DNA of 64,000 nucleotides from an uncultured Gemmatimonadales bacterium. Its GTDB lineage: Bacteria; Gemmatimonadota; Gemmatimonadetes; Gemmatimonadales; GWC2-71-9. The position numbers and the translations under genes were made by a program. The stretch is from the NCBI GenBank assembly GCA_963739455.1, contig CAVUAK010000002.1, positions 1-64,000 on the forward strand, written 5' to 3'. Shown piece by piece: positions 1 through 12,879 of this stretch (position 1 is the first letter of the stretch; each line of letters begins with the position of its first letter). Under the pieces are notes generated by a model. That model ran no database searches. It saw nothing but the letters and a program-made list of their open reading frames with translations, and was not told the origin of the DNA.

Positions 1-7
1 GCGCGGC

Positions 8-421
8 GTGGAGAGCGCCACGCTCCTCCCCAAGACGCCGCTCGGCAGCTTCCTCGCAGCCATGGGCAAGTCGTCGACCGGCCCGCGCGGCACCGGCAGC
101 CGCGTCGCCTGCACCGGCTGCGGTGCCACCCTGCAGGACTTCCGCGAGGCGGGCCGGCTCGGCTGCGGCGAGTGCTACGCCACCTTCGGCGCCGAGCTGC
201 GCGACCTCCTGCGGCGCCTCCACGGCTCCACCACGCACGTCGGCGATCGCTACCTGGCCCCCGGCACTGCCGCCGATGAGCCGGGACCCGGAGACCTCGC
301 GGTGACGGAGGATCCCGCCACGGCGCTCCGGGACCGCCTGCGCGTCGCGGTCGCCGCCGAGGACTTCGAGCTCGCCGCCGAGCTGCGCGACCGCCTCCGC
401 ACCCTCGAGGGCGTGGAATGA
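8..421 (+). CDS. mcsA: McsA-like activator (CxxC motifs + UVR domain), probably 5'-truncated by window edge
   Basis: CTGC and CGEC motifs, 'GRLGCGECY', C-terminal UVR 'AEDFELAAELRD'; overlaps mcsB start (ATGA). Confidence 0.9.
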   Translation: MESATLLPKTPLGSFLAAMGKSSTGPRGTGSRVACTGCGATLQDFREAGRLGCGECYATFGAELRDLLRRLHGSTTHVGDRYLAPGTAADEPGPGDLAVTEDPATALRDRLRVAVAAEDFELAAELRDRLRTLEGVE

Positions 422-1500
422 TCGACCTCACCCTCGTGCCCGATGGCGGTGTGGGCTGGCTCGATGCCAGCGGGCCCGCCAGCCACATGGTGCTGTCCAC
501 CCGCGTCCGCCTCGCGCGCAACCTCGCCGGGCGCACGTTCACCAGCCGGAACAGCGATCGCGAGCGCGAGCTGGTGCTCCGCGACCTCGAGAGCGCCGCC
601 GCCGACACGCCGACGCTCCGGCAGGCGGTCCGCTTCCGGCTCGACCGTCTGGAAGCTGCCGATCGGCAGTTGTTGCACGAGCGACACCTCGTCAGCCGGG
701 AATTGGCCGGCCTCGAGGTCGATTCCAGGGTCCGGACCGGTGCCAGTTTGCTCCTCCAGGGGCACCTCGGAGTCATGGTCAACGAGGAAGATCACCTGCG
801 CCTGCAGGGGTTTTGTTCGGGGTTCAATCTGGCCGCGGTCTACGACGAGGTGAAACGTCTGGACACCGAACTGGGACAACGACTTCCCTTCGCATTTCAT
901 CCTGAGTTCGGTTACCTTACCTCGTGTCCGACCAACGTCGGAACAGGTCTGCGCGCCTCGGTGTTGATCCACCTTCCGGGCCTCGTTCTGACCAAGGAAA
1001 TCTCCAAGGTTCTGCAGGGCCTGGCGCAGGTCGGTCTGACCTACCGCGGGCTGTACGGCGAGGGCAGCGAGGTCGTCGGCAACTTTTTCCAGTTGTCCAA
1101 CCAGACGACGCTCGGCAAGTCTGAGCACGAGCTGCTCGATCACCTCGCCAAGATGGTCCGGCAGGTCATGGCGTACGAGGAGCAGGCGCGCGACGTGCTG
1201 CTTCGCAATGCGCCGACGGTCACGGAGGACAAGGTGTGGCGCGCGTTCGGGCTCCTGCGCTACGCTCGCACGATGTCCTTCGAGGAGGCCATGAACCTCC
1301 TCAGCGGTGTCCGGCTCGGCGTGGGAATGAACATCATCCCCGGCGTCGGCATGTACCCGCTGAACAAGTTGTTGATCAATACGCAACCGGCGCACCTCGC
1401 CCAGCTGGAGGGAGTGACGCCCGGTGATCCCGATCTTCCGGTGCGGCGCGCAGCGCACGTGCGCCGGGTCCTCGAGGAAGAGGTCGGTCGGCGGCGATGA
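418..1500 (+). CDS. mcsB: Protein arginine kinase McsB
   Basis: 'STRVRLARN', 'MVNEEDHLR', 'YLTSCPTNVGTGLRASV', 'QLSNQTTLG'; between mcsA and clpC. Confidence 0.95.
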   Translation: MIDLTLVPDGGVGWLDASGPASHMVLSTRVRLARNLAGRTFTSRNSDRERELVLRDLESAAADTPTLRQAVRFRLDRLEAADRQLLHERHLVSRELAGLEVDSRVRTGASLLLQGHLGVMVNEEDHLRLQGFCSGFNLAAVYDEVKRLDTELGQRLPFAFHPEFGYLTSCPTNVGTGLRASVLIHLPGLVLTKEISKVLQGLAQVGLTYRGLYGEGSEVVGNFFQLSNQTTLGKSEHELLDHLAKMVRQVMAYEEQARDVLLRNAPTVTEDKVWRAFGLLRYARTMSFEEAMNLLSGVRLGVGMNIIPGVGMYPLNKLLINTQPAHLAQLEGVTPGDPDLPVRRAAHVRRVLEEEVGRRR

Positions 1501-1531
1501 AGCGGACAAGACTTTTGGCGGGAATGCCCAG

Positions 1532-4006
<2,475 letters not shown>

Positions 4007-4013
4007 CGCAGCC

Positions 4014-4043
4014 ACGGCGGCGTCCCTTCGGGGGCGCCGCCGT
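4014..4043 (+). terminator. GC-rich hairpin with UUCG loop between clpC and bamA (weak U-tract)
   Basis: ACGGCGGCGTCCC-TTCG-GGGGCGCCGCCGT followed by CTGTCTGT. Confidence 0.6.
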
Positions 4044-4056
4044 CTGTCTGTCGCGG

Positions 4057-6456
4057 ATGCGCCGGTTCTTCCTCCTGTGGGTGTTGCCGCTGCTTGCGTG
4101 CACCGCAGCGTCGCTTGCGGCGCAGCAGGTGCCCGCCGGGCCTCCGCAACCCGCCCCCATTGACAGCATCGAGGTAATCGGCGCGTCGCGCGTCCCCGTC
4201 TCCTACGTCATCTCCGCCACCGGCCTCGTCCTGGGCCAGCGACCCAGTCCCCGCGACATCCAGAGGGCCATCGCCGCCATCTACCGCTCTGGCGGCTTCG
4301 ATGACGTGCGCATCGATGCCAAGCTCGAGGACGGCAAGAACATCCTCGTCATCACTGTCGTCGAGCGCCCGCTCCTGGCGAGCTGGACCGTCGTCGGCGC
4401 CAGCAAGATTCCCGTCGGGACCGTGCGCGACCAGGTGAAGCTCCTGACCAACCGTCCGGTCGACCGCGTCGCCATTGCCCACGGCCAGTACGCCATCGAT
4501 TCCCTCTATCGCAATCGCGGCTTCTACTCCGCCACGGTGTCCGTCGCCGCCGTCACGGCGTACGACGGCCGCGTCGACGTCACCTACACCATTGTCGAGG
4601 GTAGCCGCGTGGCGATCTCCATGGTGGAGATCGAGGGCGAGAAGGGCATCTACGACGACCATGACATCGTCAAGCACATGGCCACCCAGCCCGAGGGCTT
4701 CTGGTGGTGGGAAAAGGGCACCTACGACGAGGACGTGCTCGAGGGCGATGTCCGGGAGCGGCTCCCCGCCTGGTATGCCTCGCGCGGCTACATCGATTTT
4801 CAGGTGGTGGGCGACAGCCTCATCCCCGACGAGAATCGCGCCAAGGCCACGTTGCGCCTCACCGTCGACGAGGGACCGCTCTATACGGTCGGCAACTTCG
4901 ATATCATCGGTGCCCGGCAGTACTCCACCGACGAGTTGATGCAGTACTACCCCTTCGGCCGGTTCGCCCCCGGCAGCCTGGCGTCGCTGAAGGCACCGTT
5001 CAACCGCACCGCCTGGGAAAAGGCCACCGAGGCGGTCCAGTCGCTCTACGCCAACACCGGTTACATCTACGCCCAGGTGGTGCCGCAAGAGATCCGGAAG
5101 ACCGGCCCGAACGGGGAACCGTCCGTGGATCTCCGCTGGAACATTCGCGAGGGAAATGTCGTAACCGTCAACAAGATCAATATTGTCGGCAACGACGTCA
5201 CCCATGAGCGGGTCATTCGCGAGGCCATTGTACTGTACCCCGGCCAGGTGTTCAGCCGCGATGCCCTCGTCCGCTCCTACCAGAACATTTCCAACCTCGG
5301 GTTCTTCGCGCAGCCGATGCCGCCGCCAGACGTGAATCCCTCCGAGACCCATACCGAGGTGGACATCACGTTCAGGGTGGAGGAGAAGCACACCGGCAAC
5401 ATCAACTTCGGCGCGTCGCTGGGACAGGGAACCGGCATCGGCGGGTTCATCGGCCTCGAGGAACCCAACCTCTTTGGCCAGGGGAAGCGCGGCAAGCTGC
5501 AGTGGCAGTTCGGCCGCAACATCCAGGACCTGAACCTTTCCTATACCGATCCCAACATCCGGGAAACCCGGGTCTCCGGCACCCTGTCCGTCTTCGATTC
5601 GCGCGCCCGGTTCGTGGTGGGCGACCTGGGCCGCCGTCGGCAGGCCGGCGGCCTGATCCAGTTCGGCTTCCCCCTGCTCTCGTCCCGCTACACCCGCCTG
5701 TTCCTGAATTACGGCCTGCAGCGGATCTCATATACCGGCGGTTCAATCGACCTCCGGAGCCGGTTCAGCTGTTTCCAGTGTACCCGATCCACCCTTGGAG
5801 CGTCCATAGTCAAGGACACTCGGGTGGGCCTGCCCTTCGCTACCGCCGGCACCTTCCTCACCTTTGCCGGCGAGCTCAACGGCGGCTTTCTCGGCGGCAC
5901 CGGTGACTTCCAGAAATTCGACGCCGAGGCAAGGTTCTATGCCCCGCTGGGCGTCATCGGGGGCAACCCCGCCCAGCTGGGCGGCGGTGGGGTGGCGCTG
6001 GTGCTCGCGTTCATCGCCCGTGGAGGTTTCATTTTCGGCGATGCCGGGCCGTTCTTCACCGAGTTGTACTCGATGGGCGGCGTGCAGTTCGGCATTCCGC
6101 TGCGGGGGTACCCGGAGTTCTCGATTACACCCAACGGGTACGACCCGCTGGCCGCCACCAATCGGGCCAGCCCGAACGCCTTCGGCAAGTCGGTCGCGGC
6201 GTTCAACGTGTCGCTCGGCGCTCGTGTAAGCCAGTTCCTGTACTTGAGCCTGTTCATCGATGCAGGCAACAACTACCGGAGCGTGGCGCAGTGGGACCCA
6301 ACCCGGCTCATGCGTGGTGCCGGCTTCGGTGTGGCCGTCGTGTCGCCCCTTGGGCCGATTGGCATCGATCTTGGTTATGGGTTCGACCGGACCAACTTGC
6401 TGGGCCAGCCGAATCCCGGCTGGCAGCTGCATTTCCGGCTCGGCAACTTCTTTTAG
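4057..6456 (+). CDS. bamA: Outer membrane protein assembly factor BamA
   Basis: Signal peptide, POTRA motifs (YRNRGF, YASRGY, YANTGY), 'LRGY' loop, C-terminal Phe; followed by skp-lpxD. Confidence 0.95.
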   Translation: MRRFFLLWVLPLLACTAASLAAQQVPAGPPQPAPIDSIEVIGASRVPVSYVISATGLVLGQRPSPRDIQRAIAAIYRSGGFDDVRIDAKLEDGKNILVITVVERPLLASWTVVGASKIPVGTVRDQVKLLTNRPVDRVAIAHGQYAIDSLYRNRGFYSATVSVAAVTAYDGRVDVTYTIVEGSRVAISMVEIEGEKGIYDDHDIVKHMATQPEGFWWWEKGTYDEDVLEGDVRERLPAWYASRGYIDFQVVGDSLIPDENRAKATLRLTVDEGPLYTVGNFDIIGARQYSTDELMQYYPFGRFAPGSLASLKAPFNRTAWEKATEAVQSLYANTGYIYAQVVPQEIRKTGPNGEPSVDLRWNIREGNVVTVNKINIVGNDVTHERVIREAIVLYPGQVFSRDALVRSYQNISNLGFFAQPMPPPDVNPSETHTEVDITFRVEEKHTGNINFGASLGQGTGIGGFIGLEEPNLFGQGKRGKLQWQFGRNIQDLNLSYTDPNIRETRVSGTLSVFDSRARFVVGDLGRRRQAGGLIQFGFPLLSSRYTRLFLNYGLQRISYTGGSIDLRSRFSCFQCTRSTLGASIVKDTRVGLPFATAGTFLTFAGELNGGFLGGTGDFQKFDAEARFYAPLGVIGGNPAQLGGGGVALVLAFIARGGFIFGDAGPFFTELYSMGGVQFGIPLRGYPEFSITPNGYDPLAATNRASPNAFGKSVAAFNVSLGARVSQFLYLSLFIDAGNNYRSVAQWDPTRLMRGAGFGVAVVSPLGPIGIDLGYGFDRTNLLGQPNPGWQLHFRLGNFF

Positions 6457-6487
6457 TGTAGTGAACCTTCTTCCTCAGGAGCCTGAC

Positions 6488-7075
6488 ATGCGGTTCGCAG
6501 GTGTAGTGATGCGCGGCATTGGGATGCTGGTGGTGGCGGCGGTGGCAGTGGCCCCCGTTCAGGCGCAGGCGAAGCCGGCAACGAAGCCGGCGGCGACGGC
6601 CCCGGCTCCGGCTCCCTCCGGCGCGACGAAGCTCGCCTTCGTGAACGCTCGCCGGATCCTGCAGTCCACCCCGGGCTGGACCACGGCGGAGCAGACCTTC
6701 ACCAAGGAGAGCGAGGGCTACCGCGCCGAGCTGCAGAAGCTCCAGGCCACCCTCGATTCCATGGCGTCGGACTACGAGCAGCAGTCCGTCGTGCTGAGCC
6801 CCACCCAGCGCCAGGCCAAGCGCAATGAGCTCGAGGCCAAGCGCACCGCGCTCGAGGCCCGTGCCCAGGAACTGCAGACCAAGGCCCAGGCACGCGAAAC
6901 CGAGCTGCTGGCACCGCTGCAGCAGAAGGTGAACGCGGTCATCGAGGGCATCCGCAAGGAGGGTGGCTACGCGATGATCTTCGACGTGAGCGCACAGGGC
7001 GGGAACGTCGTGGCGGCCGACCCGACGCTGGACCTCACGAACGCGGTGATCGACAAGCTCAAGGCGACCAACTGA
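6488..7075 (+). CDS. skp: OmpH/Skp periplasmic chaperone
   Basis: Signal peptide, 'KLAFVN', coiled coil, 'GGYAMIFD', 'DLTNAVIDKL'; AGGAG RBS. Confidence 0.9.
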   Translation: MRFAGVVMRGIGMLVVAAVAVAPVQAQAKPATKPAATAPAPAPSGATKLAFVNARRILQSTPGWTTAEQTFTKESEGYRAELQKLQATLDSMASDYEQQSVVLSPTQRQAKRNELEAKRTALEARAQELQTKAQARETELLAPLQQKVNAVIEGIRKEGGYAMIFDVSAQGGNVVAADPTLDLTNAVIDKLKATN

Positions 7076-7080
7076 CCCAG

Positions 7081-8115
7081 GTGGCCAGTACCGGACTTAC
7101 CGCGCAGGCGGTCGCCGACCTCGTCGGTGGCCGCCTGCTTGGCAATGGTTCGGTGGTCATCCGCTCGGTGGCATCGCTCGATCGCGCCGGGCCAGGTGAC
7201 CTGTCGCTGGTGGTGTCGCCGGCGTATCGCGCCGGCCTGAAGGGCTCGGCGGCAGGTGTGGTCCTCGTCACCGACGACCTGGCGGGCGAGGCCTCCGGTA
7301 TCACCACCACGGTGGTGGTGCGCGATCCCGCGCGGGCGTTGACGCAGGTGGTCAGCCGGCTCTATCCGCCGCCGGTCCCGCTCCCCGGTATCGATCCCTC
7401 CGTCCGCATTGGTGTCGGCGTGGAGCTTGGTGCCGGTGTTTCACTCGGGCCCAATGTGGTGCTCGGCGCGCGCGCGAAGGTTGGGGCGCGTACCCGGCTC
7501 GATCCCGGTGTGGTGCTCGAGGATGACGTCACGATTGGCGAGGACTGCCATCTTGGGGCCCACGTCGTCTGCGGCCCGCGCGTGCACCTCGGCGCTCGCG
7601 TGGTCGTGAAGGCGGGCACCGTGCTCGGCGGTCCCGGTTTTGGTTTTCACAGCAGTGCCGCTGGGCACCAGCGCATTCCCCATGTCGGGGGGCTGCGCCT
7701 CGGTGACGATGTCGAGATTGGTTCCCTCTGCAGTATCGATTGCGGCAGCATCGACGAGACCGTCATCGGGCGTGGTACCAAGCTCGACAACATGGTGCAC
7801 GTCGGGCACAACGTCCGCATTGGCGAACACTGCCTCCTCGCCGGCGGCGTGCTGGTGGGTGGCAGCACCCGCCTGGGAAATTTCGTGGTCATTGGTGGCG
7901 GTGCCGGTCTCGGTGACCACGTGGCGGTGGGCGATGGCGCTCGCATTGGTGCCGGTACCGGCGTGTTCCGCGACCTTCCCGCCGGGGCGGTCGTGAGCGG
8001 CTACATGGCCCAGAACCATCGCGAGTCGCTCCGCGTACAGGCCGCGGGCCTCCGGTTGCCGGCGATCATCGCCGAGCTCGAGCGCCTCGTGGAGGAGCGC
8101 CGCCGCGATGCCTAG
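7081..8115 (+). CDS. lpxD: UDP-3-O-acylglucosamine N-acyltransferase
   Basis: Hexapeptide repeats, 'GFGF', 'TKLDNMVHVGHNVRIG'. Confidence 0.95.
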   Translation: MASTGLTAQAVADLVGGRLLGNGSVVIRSVASLDRAGPGDLSLVVSPAYRAGLKGSAAGVVLVTDDLAGEASGITTTVVVRDPARALTQVVSRLYPPPVPLPGIDPSVRIGVGVELGAGVSLGPNVVLGARAKVGARTRLDPGVVLEDDVTIGEDCHLGAHVVCGPRVHLGARVVVKAGTVLGGPGFGFHSSAAGHQRIPHVGGLRLGDDVEIGSLCSIDCGSIDETVIGRGTKLDNMVHVGHNVRIGEHCLLAGGVLVGGSTRLGNFVVIGGGAGLGDHVAVGDGARIGAGTGVFRDLPAGAVVSGYMAQNHRESLRVQAAGLRLPAIIAELERLVEERRRDA

Positions 8116-9376
8116 GCGTACCCTTGAGCGTGAGGTCACCCTCACCGGTGTCGCCCTGCACTCGGGCGTCACCAGCAGCGTGGTCTGCCGCCCGGGCCCG
8201 GCCGGCAAGGGCATCACCTTCACGCAGCATGGTGGCAAGGCGGCTGCGGTGCCGGCGCGCCCCCATCGCGTCGGTGCCACCGAACGCCGCACCGGCCTCG
8301 GTGAGGGCGATGACGCCATCTACACCGTGGAGCATCTCCTCGCCGCAGCGTTCGCTCTTGGCCTGGACGACATTGCAGTGGAAGTAGATGGCCCCGAGCT
8401 TCCCATCTTGGACGGATCGTTTGAACCGTGGTTGCACGCCCTCCAATCCGGTGGGATGCGCGAGCATCCCGGGAATCCCGTCACCTTTGTGGTGCGCGCA
8501 CCCTTTGTATTGAGCGTCGGCGGTGCATCTTACCGGGTGGCGCCGGCCGACGAATTCCGGCTTAGCGTCAGCGTGGACTGGGACCACCCCGTCATCGGGC
8601 GGCAAACCGGGGAGTGGACCGTCAACGCCGAGAGCTTTGGTCACGAGATCGCGGGCGCGCGCACCTTCGGGTTCGAGCGCGAAGTGGCCGGGCTGCGGGA
8701 GCGCGGCTTCGCCCTGGGTGGTGACGTCGAGAACGTGATCGTCCTGTCCGACGACGGGGTGGTCGGCACCACCCTGCGCTGGCCCGACGAGTTCGTCCGG
8801 CACAAGGCGGGTGACGTTATCGGTGATATTGCGCTGATCGGTGGAAGGCTCAAGGCGCACATCACTGCGGAGCGCCCGAGTCACCAGGGCAACGTGGCGC
8901 TGGCACAGCGAATGATTCGCACGGCAGAACGTCAGGGAGGGCAAGTGCTCGAGATCAGCCGGATCATGGAGATCCTGCCGCACCGGTATCCGTTCCTGCT
9001 TGTCGACCGCGTCATCGAGGTCGAGCCGGACCGCCGCGTGGTGGGCATCAAGAACGTCACCATCAACGAGCCCTTCTTCCAGGGTCACTTTCCCGGCCAT
9101 CCCATCATGCCCGGCGTGCTCATCGTCGAGGCGCTGGCCCAGGCCGGATGCGTGCTGCTCATGGACAAGCAGATCGACCCCTCGAAGCAGATCGCCTACT
9201 TCATGGCCCTCGACAATGTGAAGTTCCGGCGACCGGTTGTTCCGGGAGACCAGCTCCGCCTCGAGGTAACGCTGCTGCAGGGCAGGGGGCGCACGCTTCG
9301 CCTCAAGGGCGAGGCCTACGTCGAGGGCCAGCTGGCGTGCGAGGCCGAGATGCTGGCACGCGTGGTCGACCGGTGA
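8108..9376 (+). CDS. lpxC/fabZ: Bifunctional LpxC/FabZ fusion
   Basis: LpxC motifs 'TVEHLLAA', 'ELPILDGS', 'EFVRHKAGD' then FabZ 'LPHRYPFLLVD', 'GHFPGHPIMPGVLIVEA' in one frame. Confidence 0.95.
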   Translation: MPRRTLEREVTLTGVALHSGVTSSVVCRPGPAGKGITFTQHGGKAAAVPARPHRVGATERRTGLGEGDDAIYTVEHLLAAAFALGLDDIAVEVDGPELPILDGSFEPWLHALQSGGMREHPGNPVTFVVRAPFVLSVGGASYRVAPADEFRLSVSVDWDHPVIGRQTGEWTVNAESFGHEIAGARTFGFEREVAGLRERGFALGGDVENVIVLSDDGVVGTTLRWPDEFVRHKAGDVIGDIALIGGRLKAHITAERPSHQGNVALAQRMIRTAERQGGQVLEISRIMEILPHRYPFLLVDRVIEVEPDRRVVGIKNVTINEPFFQGHFPGHPIMPGVLIVEALAQAGCVLLMDKQIDPSKQIAYFMALDNVKFRRPVVPGDQLRLEVTLLQGRGRTLRLKGEAYVEGQLACEAEMLARVVDR

Positions 9377-10152
9377 GCGCTACCCGGATTCATCCCACCG
9401 CCATCATCGATCCCGACGCAAGTCTCGGGGTGGATGTCGATGTTGGCCCGTGGGCGCTCGTCGGTCCCAGCGTGGAAGTCGGCGACCACTGCCGAATCGG
9501 TCCGCGCGTCACGCTGCAGCAGCACGTGCGCCTCGCCTCCGGTGTGCGGGTGGGCGAGGGCACGCTCGTGGGCGGCGATCCCCAGGACACCAAGTACCAC
9601 GGTGAGGAAACCTGGGTCGAGGTCGGCGACAACACCGCCATCCGCGAGTACTGCACCATCAACCGCGGCACCACCGCCACTGGTCGCACCGTCGTGGGCG
9701 CTGACTGCTTCCTCATGACCTACGTGCACGTGGCGCACGACTGCCGCCTCGGCGATCATGTCGTCATTGCCAATGGCACCCAGATGGCCGGTCACGTCAC
9801 CGTGCAGGATCACGCCATCATCAGCGGGCTCAACGCCATCCACCAGTTCGTCACCATCGGCGAGTACTCGTTCGTCGGCGGTGCGTCCCGCGTCAACCAG
9901 GACGTCCCGCCCTTCACCAAGGCGGTCGGCAGTCCCATCGAGCTGTATGGCCTCAATACCATCGGCCTGCAGCGCGCCGGCGTGAAGGCCGAGGTGGTCA
10001 CCTCGCTCAAGCGCGCCTACCGCATCGTCTTCAACTCCGACCTGAGCCTGGGTCGCGCCATCGCTCGCGCCCGCGAGGAAGTGCCTCCCCTCGCCGAGGT
10101 CGAGCGCTTCCTCTCCTTCGTGGAGTCCGCCGGCCGCGGGGTCCCCGCGTGA
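9373..10152 (+). CDS. lpxA: Acyl-ACP--UDP-GlcNAc O-acyltransferase
   Basis: 'IHPTAII', 'PQDTKY', 'IREYCTINRGT', 'HVAHDC', 'HQF'; GTG start overlapping fabZ stop. Confidence 0.95.
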   Translation: MSATRIHPTAIIDPDASLGVDVDVGPWALVGPSVEVGDHCRIGPRVTLQQHVRLASGVRVGEGTLVGGDPQDTKYHGEETWVEVGDNTAIREYCTINRGTTATGRTVVGADCFLMTYVHVAHDCRLGDHVVIANGTQMAGHVTVQDHAIISGLNAIHQFVTIGEYSFVGGASRVNQDVPPFTKAVGSPIELYGLNTIGLQRAGVKAEVVTSLKRAYRIVFNSDLSLGRAIARAREEVPPLAEVERFLSFVESAGRGVPA

Positions 10153-11131
10153 TTCCCCCGCTCCCCATCGGCGTCATCGGTGTGGGGGCGCTCGGTCGCC
10201 ATCACGCCCGCCATCTCGCGGCGTCACCCGAGGCCACCCTGGTCGGCGTGTACGACACCGATCGCGACCCGTGCTCGAGAAGTGGCGGCCGCGTGCGGCT
10301 GCCGGGCCTTCGAAGACCTCGATGAGCTGCTTGGGTTGGTGCGTGCGGTCACCGTTGCCGTCCCCACGCCATACCACGCCGAGGTTGGCCTGCATGTGCT
10401 GCGGCGCGGTGTGCCGATGCTCATGGAGAAACCGCTCGCGGCCACCGTGCTCGAGGCCGACGCGCTGATCGCCGAGGCGGCGCGCCAGGGCGTCCAGCTG
10501 CAGGTGGGACATATCGAGCGCTTCAACCAGGCGCTGCGGGCCGCCGAACCGTTGCTGCACCATCCGCTCTACCTCGAGAGCCAGCGCCTCGCCTCCTTCC
10601 AGCCCCGCGGCACCGACGTCGCCGTGGTGCTCGACCTCATGATTCACGACCTCGACCTGATCCTGCACCTCACCGGCGGGTGCCGAGGCCATCGACGTGC
10701 GCGCGTCCGGTGTCGCGGTGCTCTCCCCGCACCTCGACATGGCCAATGCACGGGTCGAGTTCGAGGGCGGCGTCGTCGCCAACGTCACCGCCTCCCGCGT
10801 GGCGCGCGACCGGGTGCGACGGCTCAGGATCTTCCAGGCCAACGGCTATCTCTCCCTCGACCTCGCCACCGGCAGGGGAGACTTCATGCGCCTGCGCGAC
10901 GGATGGCGGCCCGGCATCAGCCAGGAGCTCTCCGACATCGTGGAGTTCATTCCGCTCTCCGCGCCCGAGGCCGACGCACTCTCCCTCGAGCTGCACAGCT
11001 TCATCCACGCGGTGCGCGGCGATCGCGAGGCCGTGATCACCGGGGAAGAGGGCAGGGCGGCGCTGGCGCTGGCCCTGCGCGTCACTGATGCCGTGACGAC
11101 CGCGCCGTTGCCCCTGCTCGGCGGGGCATGA
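10149..11131 (+). CDS. Gfo/Idh/MocA oxidoreductase (GnnA-like); apparent frameshifts near 10260 and 10680
   Basis: Rossmann 'IGVIGVGALGRHH', 'EKPLA', 'VGHIERFN', 'DLMIHDLD' spread over three frames. Confidence 0.85.
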
Positions 11132-12252
11132 CCGCCGCCGGTGCCCGCATTTTCCTCTCGGCGGGCGAGCCCTCCGGTGACCTGCATGGGGCCGCGGTAA
11201 TCAGGGCGCTGCGAAGCCGGCTGCCAACCGCAGTGCTCGAGGCATTCGGCGGACCCCGGATGGCCACGGCCGGTGCGAACGTGCGATTCCCCATGGAGGG
11301 CATGACGGCATTCGGTCTCGTGGAGATCATCGAGAAGATCCCCGCCCACTTCCGGCTGCTGCGCCGCATGGAGCGCGACTTCGCCCGGTCGGCCTACGAC
11401 CTCGTCATCCTCATCGACTATCCCGGTTTTCACCTGCATGTGGCCGAAGCCGCGCGCCGCGCCGGGATTCCGGTGCTGTACTACATCGCGCCGCAGCTCT
11501 GGGCCTGGCGGCCGCAGCGCGCGAAGCGCCTCGCCGCCGCCTGCGACCGGCTCGCGGTGATCCTGCCGTTCGAGGAAGCCTTCTTCCGCAACGTCGGCGT
11601 GCAGGCTGAGTATGTGGGGCATCCACTGCTCGATCGCGGGGCGCCACCGTCGCGCGCCGCCGCGCGCGAGACGCTCGGCATTCCGGCGGACGAGCGGGTG
11701 CTCGCGCTCTTTCCCGGCAGCCGCGCCGGGGAGATCCAGCGCCTCTGGCCGTTTTTCCGCGATGCCGCGCGCAGCCTCCTCGATCGGGGCACGGCCACCA
11801 GGGTCATCGTCGCTGCCACCGATCAGGGCGACTTTCCCGGGCAGTGAATCGTTCACGCTCATCCGTGGTGCGTCGCTCGCCGTGGCCGCGGCCGCCGATG
11901 CCGCCATCGTGAAGTCGGGCACCTCGACGCTCGAGGCCGCACTCACCGATACGCCGATGATCGTGCCCTATCGCGTCAACGCCGTCACCGCCTTCCTCAG
12001 CCGTCGCCTCATCACGGTGCCTTGGGTGAGCCTCGTCAATCTCGTGGCTGAGCGCGAGGTGGTGCCCGAGATCCTCCAGGAGGAAGTGACGGTGCCCCGC
12101 CTCGTCGAAGCCGTCGGCGCCACTGCTCGATCCGTCGCATCCGGCCACGCGCGCGCAGCGCGAGGGACTGGCGCGACGTGCGCGCGCGCCTCGGTACTCC
12201 CGGCGCCGCCGATCGCGTCGCCGATATCGCCGTGTCCCTGCTCGCCGCATGA
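11128..12252 (+). CDS. lpxB: Lipid-A-disaccharide synthase; apparent frameshifts in 3' part
   Basis: 'AGEPSGDLHG', 'IDYPGF', 'PQLWAWR', 'VGHPL', 'FPGSR', then 'KSGTSTLE' in another frame. Confidence 0.92.
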
Positions 12253-12879
12253 AGATCCGCCTCTCGCCGGGCCAGGTGCGCGTCATCGCGCGGCCCGTGA
12301 TCTCCCTGCTTGCGCGCACCTGGCGCTTCGAAGTCCCTCCGCACAGCGAGCTCGAGGCGGCGGTGCGCTGCGCACCGGTCCACCGTGGTGCTCGCCTGCT
12401 GGCACGAGGAGCTGCTGCCCCTGTTGTGGCATGGGCGCGGTATCGGCATGGGCGTTGTGGTGAGCGGTTCCCGCGACGGCGAGTACGCCGCCCAGGTGGC
12501 GGAGGGTTTCGGCTATCGCGTGCTCCGGGGATCGAGCAGCAAGCAGGGCGCGAAGGTCCTCCTGGAGGCGGTACGCGAGCTCCAGGCCGGTACCAGCATC
12601 ACCTTCACGCCCGATGGCCCCCGGGGACCGCGCCGCGTCTTCAAGCCCGGGGCAGCCCTGGCGGCCCAGCGCGCCGGCGTGCCACTCGTGCCCGTCAGGG
12701 CCACCCCGGTGCAGGCCTGGCGCCTCCGCTCCTGGGACCAGTTCGCCATTCCAAAGCCGGGCGCCCGGGTGCTCGTGGCCTACGGCGATCCTATCGAGGT
12801 GGGCCCCGGATCCGAGGGCGTTTCCGAGGCCGCGGCCGTGGCTGAACGGGCACTGAACCTGCTTGGAGCGGCCGCATGA
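12249..12879 (+). CDS. DUF374 family acyltransferase (LpxJ-like); apparent frameshift near 12370
   Basis: 'CWHEE', 'SRDGEY', 'RGSSSKQG', 'TPDGPRGP', 'SWDQFAIPKP'. Confidence 0.85.
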
